Source of the DNA: a virus
Direction: 5' to 3' (one strand)
DNA: 64,000 bases
Virus record (IMG/VR): IMGVR_UViG_3300018022_000003
Location: 1 to 64,000 of that record
The notes under the pieces are model-generated. The model ran no database searches. It had not been told where the DNA came from and saw only the letters and a list, made by a program, of their open reading frames with translations. Below, piece after piece: positions 54,610 to 63,291 of the stretch. Both the position numbers and the translations under genes were made by a program. Every line of letters starts with the position of its first letter. The stretch's first letter is position 1.

Positions 54610-55449
54610 ATGAGAGAGGCACACCTCGATACCACCCTTCCGGTGGACGCCGATGGGAGGGCCTGCGGGGCACTCCTCGGCTTTGACTTCTGCGCCGAGC
54701 ACGAGTGGGGCATAAAGGGCATCCAGGAGCAGTTCGGCATCCCTGAGAAGACCCATGCCCTGGGCGTCAACAGGCGCAGGGTGCGGCAGGTCCCCAAGAG
54801 CCTCCTATGGGCGAAGCGGGGCATCCGGGAGGGAATCCTCCTCCCCGACCGCTTCACCGCCGCCTATGAGAAGGACGTCCAGTCCTTCTACTGGCGCATC
54901 CTCCACCTGTCCAAGGCCAGGAGGCTTAAGGCAGCATGGGACGAGAACTCCTTCATCATAACCTCCGACCAAAAGGCCGACATCAGGCTCCTGCGGGAGG
55001 TCTACGACGCCATCAGGAAGAAGGATGCCGCCGTGGGCATCTTCAGCCCGCACCGCAACCCCTTCGGCGGGGCGGGCCTGGGCCTCGTCGTCGTCAGCCG
55101 CACGGATGCAGGGACCCTCAAGCACTGGAGGGACACCGACCAGGAACAACGGCTCCTCCAGAAGGCGAAGAAGGACAGCGGCATCGGGGCCATGCTCAGC
55201 AAGGCAGGCAAGAAGTACTTCGCCCTGTCCCCCAGGTTCGACAATAAGGACGGCAGCATAGTCTACTGGCTCAACCCCTTCGACGACGACAAGGCCAGGG
55301 CGGGATGGTACTCCCTCCAGGACCTCAAGGACTGGGCGAAGGGCAAGGGCAGGGTAGTACAGCCCGACCCACCGCCCCCCGAGCCTGAGCTGGAGCAGCC
55401 GGAGGAGTGGGAGAAAGAAAATGAAGGACAAGAAGCGGTTCATGCATGA
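54610..55449 (+). CDS. Hypothetical protein (279 aa)
   Basis: GGAG RBS, GC3-rich. Confidence 0.65.
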   Translation: MREAHLDTTLPVDADGRACGALLGFDFCAEHEWGIKGIQEQFGIPEKTHALGVNRRRVRQVPKSLLWAKRGIREGILLPDRFTAAYEKDVQSFYWRILHLSKARRLKAAWDENSFIITSDQKADIRLLREVYDAIRKKDAAVGIFSPHRNPFGGAGLGLVVVSRTDAGTLKHWRDTDQEQRLLQKAKKDSGIGAMLSKAGKKYFALSPRFDNKDGSIVYWLNPFDDDKARAGWYSLQDLKDWAKGKGRVVQPDPPPPEPELEQPEEWEKENEGQEAVHA

Positions 55450-55624
55450 GCTGGCGGTGTTCCTGGTGGCCGAGCAGGCCTCTGACAGCATCGGCCTCCA
55501 GATGGGCAGGCCCTTTGCCAAGCGCTGGGCCGCCCTCCGCAACGCCACCCCCCTCTTCGGCTACCCGACTGTCGAGGAGGCGGAGAAGGAGCTGTCGGAG
55601 TGGCTGCTCGGGGAGGTAAAATGA
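55421..55624 (+). CDS. Hypothetical protein (67 aa)
   Basis: Overlaps the previous 3' end; GC3-rich. Confidence 0.55.
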   Translation: MKDKKRFMHELAVFLVAEQASDSIGLQMGRPFAKRWAALRNATPLFGYPTVEEAEKELSEWLLGEVK

Positions 55625-55653
55625 TGCTCATTACGGTCAAGGGGAAATAACTG

Positions 55654-56757
55654 ATGTACCTGGCATTGCTCCTGATACTCCCGCTTCTGCTGTGCTTCCT
55701 GGCAAAGTACGTCTTCTGGAAGGACAGCTTCGGGTGGGCACCCTTCCTTATCACCATGGGGGCCTGCATCCTCGTCACCCTAGGCGGGCTGGCCATCGAG
55801 TTCTACGGCACCACGTCCGACACCGAGGTATGGAGCGGCAGCATCACGGGCAAGGAGCGCCGGGTAGTCCCGTGCAGCCATTCCTACCCCTGCAACTGCC
55901 ACGAGGTCTGCACGGGGTCGGGCAAGGACGAGAGCTGCTCCGAGCACTGCGACACCTGCTACGAGCACTCCTTCGACGTTGACTGGATGGTATACTTCTC
56001 CACGGGGAAGGCCATCAACATCGCCAGGGAAGACCGCCAGGGACTCATAGAGCCTAAGCGGTGGGACGCCGCCTACCTCGGGGAGCCTACCACCGAGGCG
56101 CACAGCTTCACCAACTACCTGCTGGCCGCCCCGGACAACGTCCTGCTGCGGCACGATGCCCCCAGGGGGTTCGAGGGGCTGGTGCCCGCCTACCCCGGGC
56201 AGGTCTACGACTACTACAGATGCAATAGGTTCCTGCTGGGGGGAGGGGTGCCCGTCCAGGGGGAGAAGGACTGGCGCTGGCTGCTGGACAGGCTGAACGC
56301 CGACCTGGGCGGCGTCAAGCAGGTGAACGTCATCATCGTCCTTGCCTATACCTCCGACCCCCGGTACGAGTACGCCTTGCAGAAGGCATGGGTCGGGGGG
56401 AAGAAGAACGACCTCGTGGTCTGCATCGGCGTCACGAGGTACCCCAGGATTGACTGGTGCCGCATCGTCTCCTGGACCACGGACGAGAGCATCAAGGTCC
56501 TGCTCCGGGACGACATACAGGGCATAGGGACGCTGGACAGGCGGGACGACATCATGGGGGCGATACGGAGGGAGACCGCTGTCCACTTCCACAGGCGGCA
56601 CATGAAGGACCTCAAGTACCTTGCCGCAGCGCACCAGCCCAGCGGCACGGCGCTGCTCGTCATCCTGCTGCTGGAGGTAGCCAGCGTGGCAGGGGGGGTC
56701 TACGTGTCCTACCGCATGCAGGAGGAAGGCTACCATCGTTATAGCGGATATTACTGA
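55654..56757 (+). CDS. Membrane protein with TPM-like extracytoplasmic domain
   Basis: Two N-terminal and one C-terminal TM helices; Cys-rich loop; WVGGKKNDLVVCIG. Confidence 0.55.
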   Translation: MYLALLLILPLLLCFLAKYVFWKDSFGWAPFLITMGACILVTLGGLAIEFYGTTSDTEVWSGSITGKERRVVPCSHSYPCNCHEVCTGSGKDESCSEHCDTCYEHSFDVDWMVYFSTGKAINIAREDRQGLIEPKRWDAAYLGEPTTEAHSFTNYLLAAPDNVLLRHDAPRGFEGLVPAYPGQVYDYYRCNRFLLGGGVPVQGEKDWRWLLDRLNADLGGVKQVNVIIVLAYTSDPRYEYALQKAWVGGKKNDLVVCIGVTRYPRIDWCRIVSWTTDESIKVLLRDDIQGIGTLDRRDDIMGAIRRETAVHFHRRHMKDLKYLAAAHQPSGTALLVILLLEVASVAGGVYVSYRMQEEGYHRYSGYY

Positions 56758-56774
56758 AAACAAAGGAGAACCAA

Positions 56775-57362
56775 ATGAGGAGCGAGAGAGGCGCAATATC
56801 TGCACTGGCAGTCACCCTGCTGGCCGTCCTGGGGGTCCTGCTGGTCATCGGCGGGTCCCTGGTACTGGGCTACATCGACTTCGGCAGCGAGGCCAACCGC
56901 TTCGAGAACAGCATCAAGGCGGCCTGGACCAACAACCAAAACGTCTACGACAACGGCTGGAAGGCCGTGATGGAAAAGGCGCAGGTGCCGAAGGAGTACA
57001 TCAGCCAAGTCAAGGACGCCTACACCGCCGTCATGACCGGCCGCTACGGTGCCAGCGGAAGCCGAGCCCTGCTCCAGCTTATCAAGGAGGATAACCCGAA
57101 GCTGGACCCGTCCGTGTACATCCAGGTCCAGCAGTCGGTCGAGATATTCCACAACCAGTTCTCCCAGGCGCAGGCGGAGCTGGTGTCCCGGAAGCAGGAG
57201 TACATGAACCTTTACACCGGCACCAGGCACGGGCGCTTCTACAATATGTTCGCCCACTACCCGCACATCGACATGAGCAAGTTCGACATCGTGACGTCGG
57301 AGAAGACGCAGCAGGACTTTGGCACGAAGAAGGCCGAGCCGCTCAAGCTGTTCCAGCCATGA
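56775..57362 (+). CDS. Membrane-anchored coiled-coil protein (LemA-like, tentative)
   Basis: N-terminal TM helix, helical body; AAGGAG RBS; paired with the TPM-like gene. Confidence 0.5.
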   Translation: MRSERGAISALAVTLLAVLGVLLVIGGSLVLGYIDFGSEANRFENSIKAAWTNNQNVYDNGWKAVMEKAQVPKEYISQVKDAYTAVMTGRYGASGSRALLQLIKEDNPKLDPSVYIQVQQSVEIFHNQFSQAQAELVSRKQEYMNLYTGTRHGRFYNMFAHYPHIDMSKFDIVTSEKTQQDFGTKKAEPLKLFQP

Positions 57363-57643
57363 CGTACCTAGTTGACTACCTGGACGGCATCCAGTCCCCA
57401 CGCCTCATGGCAGTGTCGGAGTCCGTCTGGCGTATCCTCAGGGCGATGGCGGACAGGTACCCCTGCGACATAGTCCTGTCCAACGGCTACACAAGGGGGG
57501 AGGAGGAGCCCTTGGAGCGGCTTGTCCTCCTCCGCAAGGGATGCCCAGGGGAGATAGTAGTAGAGCTTATGAAGGGACGCACGCCTTCGTGCAATCCGGC
57601 CAGATTGCATGAGAGGATACAACCGGGAGGGGACGGTGGATAA
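57359..57643 (+). CDS. Hypothetical protein (94 aa)
   Basis: ATGA coupling. Confidence 0.45.
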   Translation: MTYLVDYLDGIQSPRLMAVSESVWRILRAMADRYPCDIVLSNGYTRGEEEPLERLVLLRKGCPGEIVVELMKGRTPSCNPARLHERIQPGGDGG

Positions 57644-57839
57644 CGACGAGCTTGTGGCAAAGGTCGTGGAGATGCGCAGGGAGCAGGCGATGGTGGCCGC
57701 CCTCAGGGCAGCCATCAACACCATGCCCTTCGGGGCCTCCATGCTGGAGTGCGCCATCGTCGCCGACACGGTCCTCGACAGGCTGGAGGGCAACCCCGAG
57801 GGGCTTAGGGCGCTGATAGAGAAGTGGGGGGACGGGTAG
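57609..57839 (+). CDS. Hypothetical protein (76 aa)
   Basis: GC3-rich; true start may be GTG about 57636. Confidence 0.5.
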   Translation: MRGYNREGTVDNDELVAKVVEMRREQAMVAALRAAINTMPFGASMLECAIVADTVLDRLEGNPEGLRALIEKWGDG

Positions 57840-57840
57840 C

Positions 57841-58071
57841 ATGGGCACATGTAAGACCAACGACGACGCCACGGAGGCCACGCTCCACGGGTACGTCCAC
57901 TGCGTGGACGGGGAGCTTGTGTTCAGGGCCAAGTTCGGGGAGAGGGACTCCGACTGGACGGACCTGCCCTCGGGGTGGCTCAGAAAGAGCCTGGACCTGC
58001 CGGAGTTCGTCGGCGGCATCAGGACGGTGGACATAGCCCTTATCATAAGGGTAGGGCAGGCCAGGAGGTAA
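57841..58071 (+). CDS. Hypothetical protein (76 aa)
   Basis: Operon spacing, GC3-rich. Confidence 0.55.
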   Translation: MGTCKTNDDATEATLHGYVHCVDGELVFRAKFGERDSDWTDLPSGWLRKSLDLPEFVGGIRTVDIALIIRVGQARR

Positions 58072-58077
58072 AGGCAG

Positions 58078-58293
58078 ATGAAGAACATAAGGCTTGAGGT
58101 GCCGCCCATTAGGCAGAAGAGCATCGAGACGTGCATAGCGACGCTGACCGTCGAGACCGAGGACGGGCGCACCATCCGCAAGGAGCTGGACTTCAGCGGC
58201 AACGCCATCGGCCCGGTGAGGTACGGCGCACGCCTTGTCGTCCAAGCGCTGGCAGAGGCGCAGGCAGAGGAGGGGGTTAATGGACAGGCCTAG
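58078..58293 (+). CDS. Hypothetical protein (71 aa)
   Basis: Operon spacing, GC3-rich. Confidence 0.55.
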   Translation: MKNIRLEVPPIRQKSIETCIATLTVETEDGRTIRKELDFSGNAIGPVRYGARLVVQALAEAQAEEGVNGQA

Positions 58294-59368
58294 CTTCGGG
58301 GTCATCGTGGGGAGGTTCCAGTGCCACGAGCTTCACGACGGGCACATGGAGCTGTTCCGCATCGTGCGTGGCCGCCACAGCCGGGCAATCGTGTTCCTGG
58401 GGTGCAACAGGGTCGGCCCCACCCGGCACGACCCCCTGGACTTCGAGACACGCAAGCGCATGATTCAGGCGAAGTTCCCCGACTTTACCGTCCTTCCCCT
58501 CAGGGACAAGAAGACCGACGAGGAGTGGAGCAGGGAGCTGGACTCCCGCATCTCCGACGCCGTGGGCGAGGTGCCGGCCGAGGTCGTGCTCTACGGGAGC
58601 CGGGACAGCTTCGCCCCGTTCTACCACGGCTCGCACCCCGTCAAGGAGCTGGAGCTGCTCAACGTCCCCAAGGCGCTCAGCAGCACGGAGGTACGTGCCA
58701 TCCTGACCAACACTGTCATGGAGTCGGCGGACTTCCGGGCGGGGGTCATCTATGCCATGGGGCAGCTATGGCCGAGGGTCGTCACCGTGGTGGACATCGC
58801 TGTCGTCCACAAGTGCAGGTGGGGGCCTGCCGGGGCCTCTGTGCCTGGGCTGTGCGTCCTGGTCGGCAAGAAGTCCGACGATGTCCTCTGGCGGTTTCCT
58901 GGCGGGCATGCACTCTTCACCACCGACTCCTTCGAGGCAGACGCCAAGAAGGAGGTCTTCGAGGAGACAGGCCTGGATGTCTACAGCATCGAGTATGTCG
59001 GCTCCCGCAGGGTGGATAGCTGGCGCTGGAAGTCCGAGCCTTCCGAGGGCTACAAGACCCTGTTCTTCGTCGCCGAGAGCATGACGATGGGCGGGCACGG
59101 GGCGGACGACCTCCCCGTGACCCAGTGGTTCCGCCTCGACGACCTGACCGAGGACGATATCGAGAAGGAGCACAAGCCCCTCTTCAGGATGCTTGTCGGC
59201 CACGTCACCGGGAAGTGGGGCTACACCCTGAGGCCACTAGGGGGATGGCGACCCGGCGAGACAGAGGCCAGCATGCCATATGCTGCTACCCCTCTTGCCA
59301 ACATCATAGCTCCCCCGGCACTGATATATACAGAAGGAGACAAGAATGCCGCAGCCGTTGAGGATTAA
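58280..59368 (+). CDS. nadM: Bifunctional NMN adenylyltransferase / Nudix (ADP-ribose) hydrolase
   Basis: VGRFQ..LHDGH (HxGH), PLDF..R..MI, SSTEVR; Nudix WRFPGG...AKKEVFEETGL. Confidence 0.88.
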   Translation: MDRPSFGVIVGRFQCHELHDGHMELFRIVRGRHSRAIVFLGCNRVGPTRHDPLDFETRKRMIQAKFPDFTVLPLRDKKTDEEWSRELDSRISDAVGEVPAEVVLYGSRDSFAPFYHGSHPVKELELLNVPKALSSTEVRAILTNTVMESADFRAGVIYAMGQLWPRVVTVVDIAVVHKCRWGPAGASVPGLCVLVGKKSDDVLWRFPGGHALFTTDSFEADAKKEVFEETGLDVYSIEYVGSRRVDSWRWKSEPSEGYKTLFFVAESMTMGGHGADDLPVTQWFRLDDLTEDDIEKEHKPLFRMLVGHVTGKWGYTLRPLGGWRPGETEASMPYAATPLANIIAPPALIYTEGDKNAAAVED

Positions 59369-60785
59369 CCCGGTGTTCAGGACCGACAGCTACAAACTGT
59401 CCCACTGGTTCCAGTACCCGCCTGACACGGAGCACGTCTACAGCTACCTGATGTCCCGTGGGGGGTTCTGGAAGCACACGCTGTTCTTCGGCCTCCGGTA
59501 CATCCTCAAGGCGTACTTCGAGGGGGTGGTGTTCAGCGAGAGGGACATCTTCGAGGCCGCCGCCAAGAGCCATGCCCACTTCGGGTCGGACAAGGTCTTC
59601 AACTACTGCGGGTGGATGCGCCTGCTGGAGAAGCACGGCGGCCGGCTCCCCCTGCGTGTCCGGGCCGTCCCCGAGGGCACGGTGGTCCCCGTCAAGCATC
59701 CCATTATGACCATCGAGAACACGGACAGGGAGTTCCCGTGGCTGACCAACTGGGCGGAGACCATCCTGCTGCACGTCTGGTACCCTACCACGGTCAGCAC
59801 CCTGTCCTTCGAGGTCAGGCAGGCCATCGGGAACGACCTCGTGCGGACCGGCACTCCGTCCCTGCTGGACTTCAAGCTGCACGACTTCGGCTACAGGGGG
59901 GTATCCTCCCTGGAGACGTCCGCCATCGGCGGGGCGGCCCACTTGGTGAACTTCCTCGGCACCGACACCACGTCCGCCCTTGAGCTGTGCGAGCAGTTCT
60001 ACGACTGCCCCATGGCGGGGTTCAGCATCCCGGCGATGGAGCACAGCACCGTGACAGCCTGGGGCGAGGACAACGAGCAGGAGGCCTATGCCAACATGCT
60101 CGACCGTGCCCCGACCAGCCTGATAGCGTGCGTCATCGACAGCTACGACACGCACCGTGCCGTTGCCGAGATATTCGGCGGGGCGCTGCGGGAGAAGGTC
60201 CTCCGCCGTGAGGGCACGGTGGTCCTGCGCCCCGACTCTGGCGACCCCTGCATCGTCATCGAGGACATCTTCAACACGGTCGCCGAGAAGTTCGGGTTCG
60301 AGACGAACAGCAAGGGCTGGAAGGTGATGCCCCCCCAGGTCCGTCTAATCCAGGGCGACGGCGTGAACTACCAGAACATCCTCCGCATTAACTCGCACCT
60401 TACCCGTGCGGGATGGTCCATGGACAACTGGGGGTACGGCATGGGAGGGGCCCTGCTCCAGCAGCAGAACCGTGACACCATGCGGTTCGCCATCAAGTGC
60501 TCCGCCATCAAGCGGGACGGCAGCACGTGGGAGGAGGTCCGCAAGCTGGTGGCCACCGACCCGAGCAAGGCGTCCATCGGCGGCAGGTTCGACCTGCTCC
60601 GCTTCCCGGACGGCGAGGTCGAGACGGTGCAGACGGACGACTGGGACCCCCGGACGGCCATCGGCTGCCAGAACATGCTGGAGACGGTGTTCGAGGACGG
60701 GGAGGTAAAGCGCCACCAGACCCTCGAACAGGTGAGGGGGATACGTGCCACCTACGACCGCTTCGACAAGGAGGAAGAGGGATGA
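59346..60785 (+). CDS. nadV: Nicotinamide phosphoribosyltransferase (NAMPT)
   Basis: TDSYKLSHWFQYP, LHDFGYRGVSS, GGAAHLVNFLGTDT, PAMEHS, IDSYD, RPDSGDP, LIQGDG, GMGGALLQ. Confidence 0.95.
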   Translation: MPQPLRINPVFRTDSYKLSHWFQYPPDTEHVYSYLMSRGGFWKHTLFFGLRYILKAYFEGVVFSERDIFEAAAKSHAHFGSDKVFNYCGWMRLLEKHGGRLPLRVRAVPEGTVVPVKHPIMTIENTDREFPWLTNWAETILLHVWYPTTVSTLSFEVRQAIGNDLVRTGTPSLLDFKLHDFGYRGVSSLETSAIGGAAHLVNFLGTDTTSALELCEQFYDCPMAGFSIPAMEHSTVTAWGEDNEQEAYANMLDRAPTSLIACVIDSYDTHRAVAEIFGGALREKVLRREGTVVLRPDSGDPCIVIEDIFNTVAEKFGFETNSKGWKVMPPQVRLIQGDGVNYQNILRINSHLTRAGWSMDNWGYGMGGALLQQQNRDTMRFAIKCSAIKRDGSTWEEVRKLVATDPSKASIGGRFDLLRFPDGEVETVQTDDWDPRTAIGCQNMLETVFEDGEVKRHQTLEQVRGIRATYDRFDKEEEG

Positions 60786-61843
60786 CGACCACCATCGAGA
60801 CAAGGACGGCCGAGGTGACCTTCGAGGTCAGGGTGGAGCAGTGGTGGTCAGACGGCGTCCGCCGCCGTGAGAGCACGGGCACGGACGACTACGAGGAGGC
60901 GCTGAGGGTTCTCCGCCAGAAGATGGCGGAGTCCCTCGTCCTGGGCACGCCAGCACCAGCCAGCCTGACGGTCGCTAGCCTAGTGGAGGCGAAGCTGGCG
61001 AACGAGAAGGCAGAAGGCTTCAAGGATACAGCCAGCAACCGCCAGCGGTGGGAGGGCCACCTGAGGGCGGCCCTGGGCGATATAAAGGTGCGTGACCTGA
61101 AGGCGTCCACCATGCGTGAGTACCGTGCCAGGCGGAGGGCGGAGGGCGCACCCGACTCCACCATCAATAGGGAGCTGTCGGTCGTCCGTGCCGCCTACAG
61201 GCTGGCGTGGAAGGACGACTTAATCACCCTGGCGGATATCCCCCACTTCCCCATGGCCAGCGAGGCGGGCAGCAGGCGCAAGGGATTCCTGCGGGACGAC
61301 CAGTACCAACAGGTCTTCGACGCCTGCATGCATGAGGGCCTGTGGCTTGCATCGGCCTTCCAGGTCGCCAACGACTTCGGCTGGCGCAGGGGAGAGGTCT
61401 TCCCCATGCTGGTCAGCCAGCTTGACTTCTCGGGCAAGGGCAGCATACACTTGCCTGACAGCAAGAACGGCGAGGGGCGGCTGATGCCTATGACCGACAA
61501 GGTGAGGGAGATGCTGGCGCAGTGCATAGCGGGAAAGGCCCCCACGGACTTCGTCTTTACCCGTGACGGCGGCCGTCCCGTGAAGTCCCACTACAAGGCA
61601 TGGAGGCGTGCCGTGGCGGAGGTAGGCGACCTGCACTTCCACGACCTGCGGCGGACAGCGACCAGGAACCTCGTCCGTGCTGGCGTCCCCAAGTCCGTGG
61701 CGCAGCAGGTGACGGGCCACCTCGACCCCAAGGTCTTCGACCGCTACAACATCACCGACCTCGTAGACCTGGAGGGCGCAGCCGAGGCACTGGACAGAAA
61801 GTCCAGCCATACTTCAGCCATACTGGAACCTGCAAGTGCTTGA
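60782..61843 (+). CDS. int: Tyrosine integrase
   Basis: RESTGT arm-binding N-terminus; GWRRGE (R), KNG (K), FHDLRRT (HxxR), TGH, DRY; ATGA-coupled to nadV. Confidence 0.93.
   Translation: MTTTIETRTAEVTFEVRVEQWWSDGVRRRESTGTDDYEEALRVLRQKMAESLVLGTPAPASLTVASLVEAKLANEKAEGFKDTASNRQRWEGHLRAALGDIKVRDLKASTMREYRARRRAEGAPDSTINRELSVVRAAYRLAWKDDLITLADIPHFPMASEAGSRRKGFLRDDQYQQVFDACMHEGLWLASAFQVANDFGWRRGEVFPMLVSQLDFSGKGSIHLPDSKNGEGRLMPMTDKVREMLAQCIAGKAPTDFVFTRDGGRPVKSHYKAWRRAVAEVGDLHFHDLRRTATRNLVRAGVPKSVAQQVTGHLDPKVFDRYNITDLVDLEGAAEALDRKSSHTSAILEPASA
61806..61823 (+). repeat. Integrase arm-type site, left (tandem GCCATAC)
   Basis: GCCATACTTCAGCCATAC; 16/18 identical to 62023-62040. Confidence 0.65.
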
Positions 61844-61882
61844 GGGCCTGTAGCTCAGAAGGATAGAGCAACGGTTTCCTAA
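61844..61882 (+). other. attP core region: 5' half of tRNA-Arg(CCT)
   Basis: GGGCCTGTAGCTCAGAAGGATAGAGCAACGGTTTCCTAA. tRNA similarity ends exactly after the 7-nt anticodon loop (TCCAT follows instead of ACCGT). It begins 1 nt after the int stop. Confidence 0.8.
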
Positions 61883-62022
61883 TCCATTCCCAGGCATTGT
61901 GTATCCTCGTATATCCAGGTGTGATGTTGCTAAGGACAAAGAATCAAGGGGTTACACGGAGATACACAATCTACACGAGGCTACATCTGTAAGCCATCCA
62001 GTAGCAAGGACTTCCTCTCCGG

Positions 62023-62040
62023 CCCATACTTCGGCCATAC
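62023..62040 (+). repeat. Integrase arm-type site, right
   Basis: CCCATACTTCGGCCATAC; direct repeat of the left arm. Confidence 0.65.
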
Positions 62041-62041
62041 A

Positions 62042-62078
62042 AGAATCCCTGGCCTAGGCGTGTAGATTGGTGTATACT
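62042..62078 (+). promoter_or_regulatory. Putative phage promoter AGAATCCC-N19-GGTGTATACT
   Basis: Matches 54088-54124; followed by GGAGG RBS and ATG 62100. Confidence 0.5.
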
Positions 62079-62099
62079 GTAGGTGGAGGCAATCACCAC

Positions 62100-62252
62100 A
62101 TGGCAAACGACACCAAGACCGCCGCCGAGAAAAAGGCTGCCGACCTTGAGAGGGTGAAGGCCCTCTTCCAGTTGCGTGACAGTTCCGCCCCTGGCTCTCC
62201 CGAGGAGAAGGCCGCCGTGAAGGCCATTGCCGAGTGGATATTTGGAGGCTAG
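62100..62252 (+). CDS. Small hypothetical protein (50 aa)
   Basis: GGAGG RBS downstream of the promoter motif. Confidence 0.55.
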   Translation: MANDTKTAAEKKAADLERVKALFQLRDSSAPGSPEEKAAVKAIAEWIFGG

Positions 62253-62305
62253 CAGCTAGGTCCCGCCAGCGGGGCGGGCAGACCATCGAAAGAGAGGATA
62301 CAAAG

Positions 62306-62524
62306 ATGAAAGGCTTGCTCGTAGCTATCCTGGTCGTGCTGGTGCTTGGCTTCTGCGGCGTGCTTCCGGCCGTGCTTGGAACCCTTGCGGTCCTGTCGCT
62401 TGTCGCCCTGGCCTGCTGGGGCATCTACCGTGTGCTGCGCAGCCCGGCAGTGTGGACAATCCTGGCTGCTCTGGTCATCGTCGGGATGGTCGTGGTCATC
62501 GTAGGCTTTGCCCTTGGTGGATAA
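62306..62524 (+). CDS. Small polytopic membrane protein (72 aa)
   Basis: Almost entirely hydrophobic; AGAGGA RBS. Confidence 0.6.
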   Translation: MKGLLVAILVVLVLGFCGVLPAVLGTLAVLSLVALACWGIYRVLRSPAVWTILAALVIVGMVVVIVGFALGG

Positions 62525-62589
62525 GACGGCTACCCGTCCCCCTGCGGGGCAAGCCTCTATGGGAGGCAACTGAGACAGGAGAAAACACA

Positions 62590-63291
62590 ATGGCAGATGC
62601 AATCGTAAGGATGGTAGGTGGGAAGCCCGTCATCACGGACAGGAACGGGCGTACTATCTCATTGAAAAAGAAAGGAATCATTTACCTGCTTATCGACGTG
62701 TCCGAGAGCATGATGGCCTTTGTCGGCCCTCGGGACTGGCTGAAAAATGTTCCCCTCACAAGGCAGGCAGGCCGGGACGGCGCTTCGGTAAACATCGTTC
62801 CCTGGGAACATATTGGCAACCACAAGACCAAGCTCCAGGTTGCCCTGGCGGGCGTGGCGGCATTTTCAGATACCGCCCTCAAGACCAAAGTGGTGGGAAT
62901 AGCGGCATTCGCCTCGGCTGCCCGTATCTGTCAGCAGCCCACCCATGACAGGGAGAAGCTGGCCGATAGCCTATCCTCCATGGAAAGCCATCCCCTGAAT
63001 GGCGGGGGCACCAACATGGCGGATGCCCTGCGCCTGCTTTTGCAGCCTGGGCTGTCGCCTATAGAGACGGTCATTGTGGTTACCGATGGCATGCCTCAGG
63101 ACAGGGAGGGGGCATTGCTCTATGGCAAGATGCTAAAGGATGGGGGTACGGAAATCCTGGTCATCAGCACGGAGGATGCTGACCGGAATTTCCTGGGCGG
63201 GCTGGCATCGAGGCAAGACCTTTCCATCCATGCTACCGACGAGAACTTGGGGCAGGCCATCACGGACTGCGCCAGACTGCTGAGGGCATAA
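62590..63291 (+). CDS. von Willebrand factor A (vWA) domain protein
   Basis: MIDAS residues DVSES, GGTNM, VTDGMP; CAGGAG RBS. Confidence 0.85.
   Translation: MADAIVRMVGGKPVITDRNGRTISLKKKGIIYLLIDVSESMMAFVGPRDWLKNVPLTRQAGRDGASVNIVPWEHIGNHKTKLQVALAGVAAFSDTALKTKVVGIAAFASAARICQQPTHDREKLADSLSSMESHPLNGGGTNMADALRLLLQPGLSPIETVIVVTDGMPQDREGALLYGKMLKDGGTEILVISTEDADRNFLGGLASRQDLSIHATDENLGQAITDCARLLRA

Noticed and set aside
390-61843. Many long antisense or off-frame ORFs in the track (e.g. 997-3174, 4445-6751, 16043-17827, 20696-22810, 31198-32934, 41749-43332, 49901-51691)
   Set aside because: Shadow ORFs of GC3-biased genes: low-complexity G/V/R/P-rich products, no motifs, fully overlapping well-supported genes.
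61844-61920. Complete tRNA-Arg(CCT) gene
   Set aside because: The 3' anticodon stem, T-arm and acceptor 3' strand are missing; only the 5' half is present.
62306-62524. Holin assignment for the small membrane protein
   Set aside because: It is about 51 kb from the endolysin and lacks a charged C-terminal tail; hydrophobicity alone is not enough.
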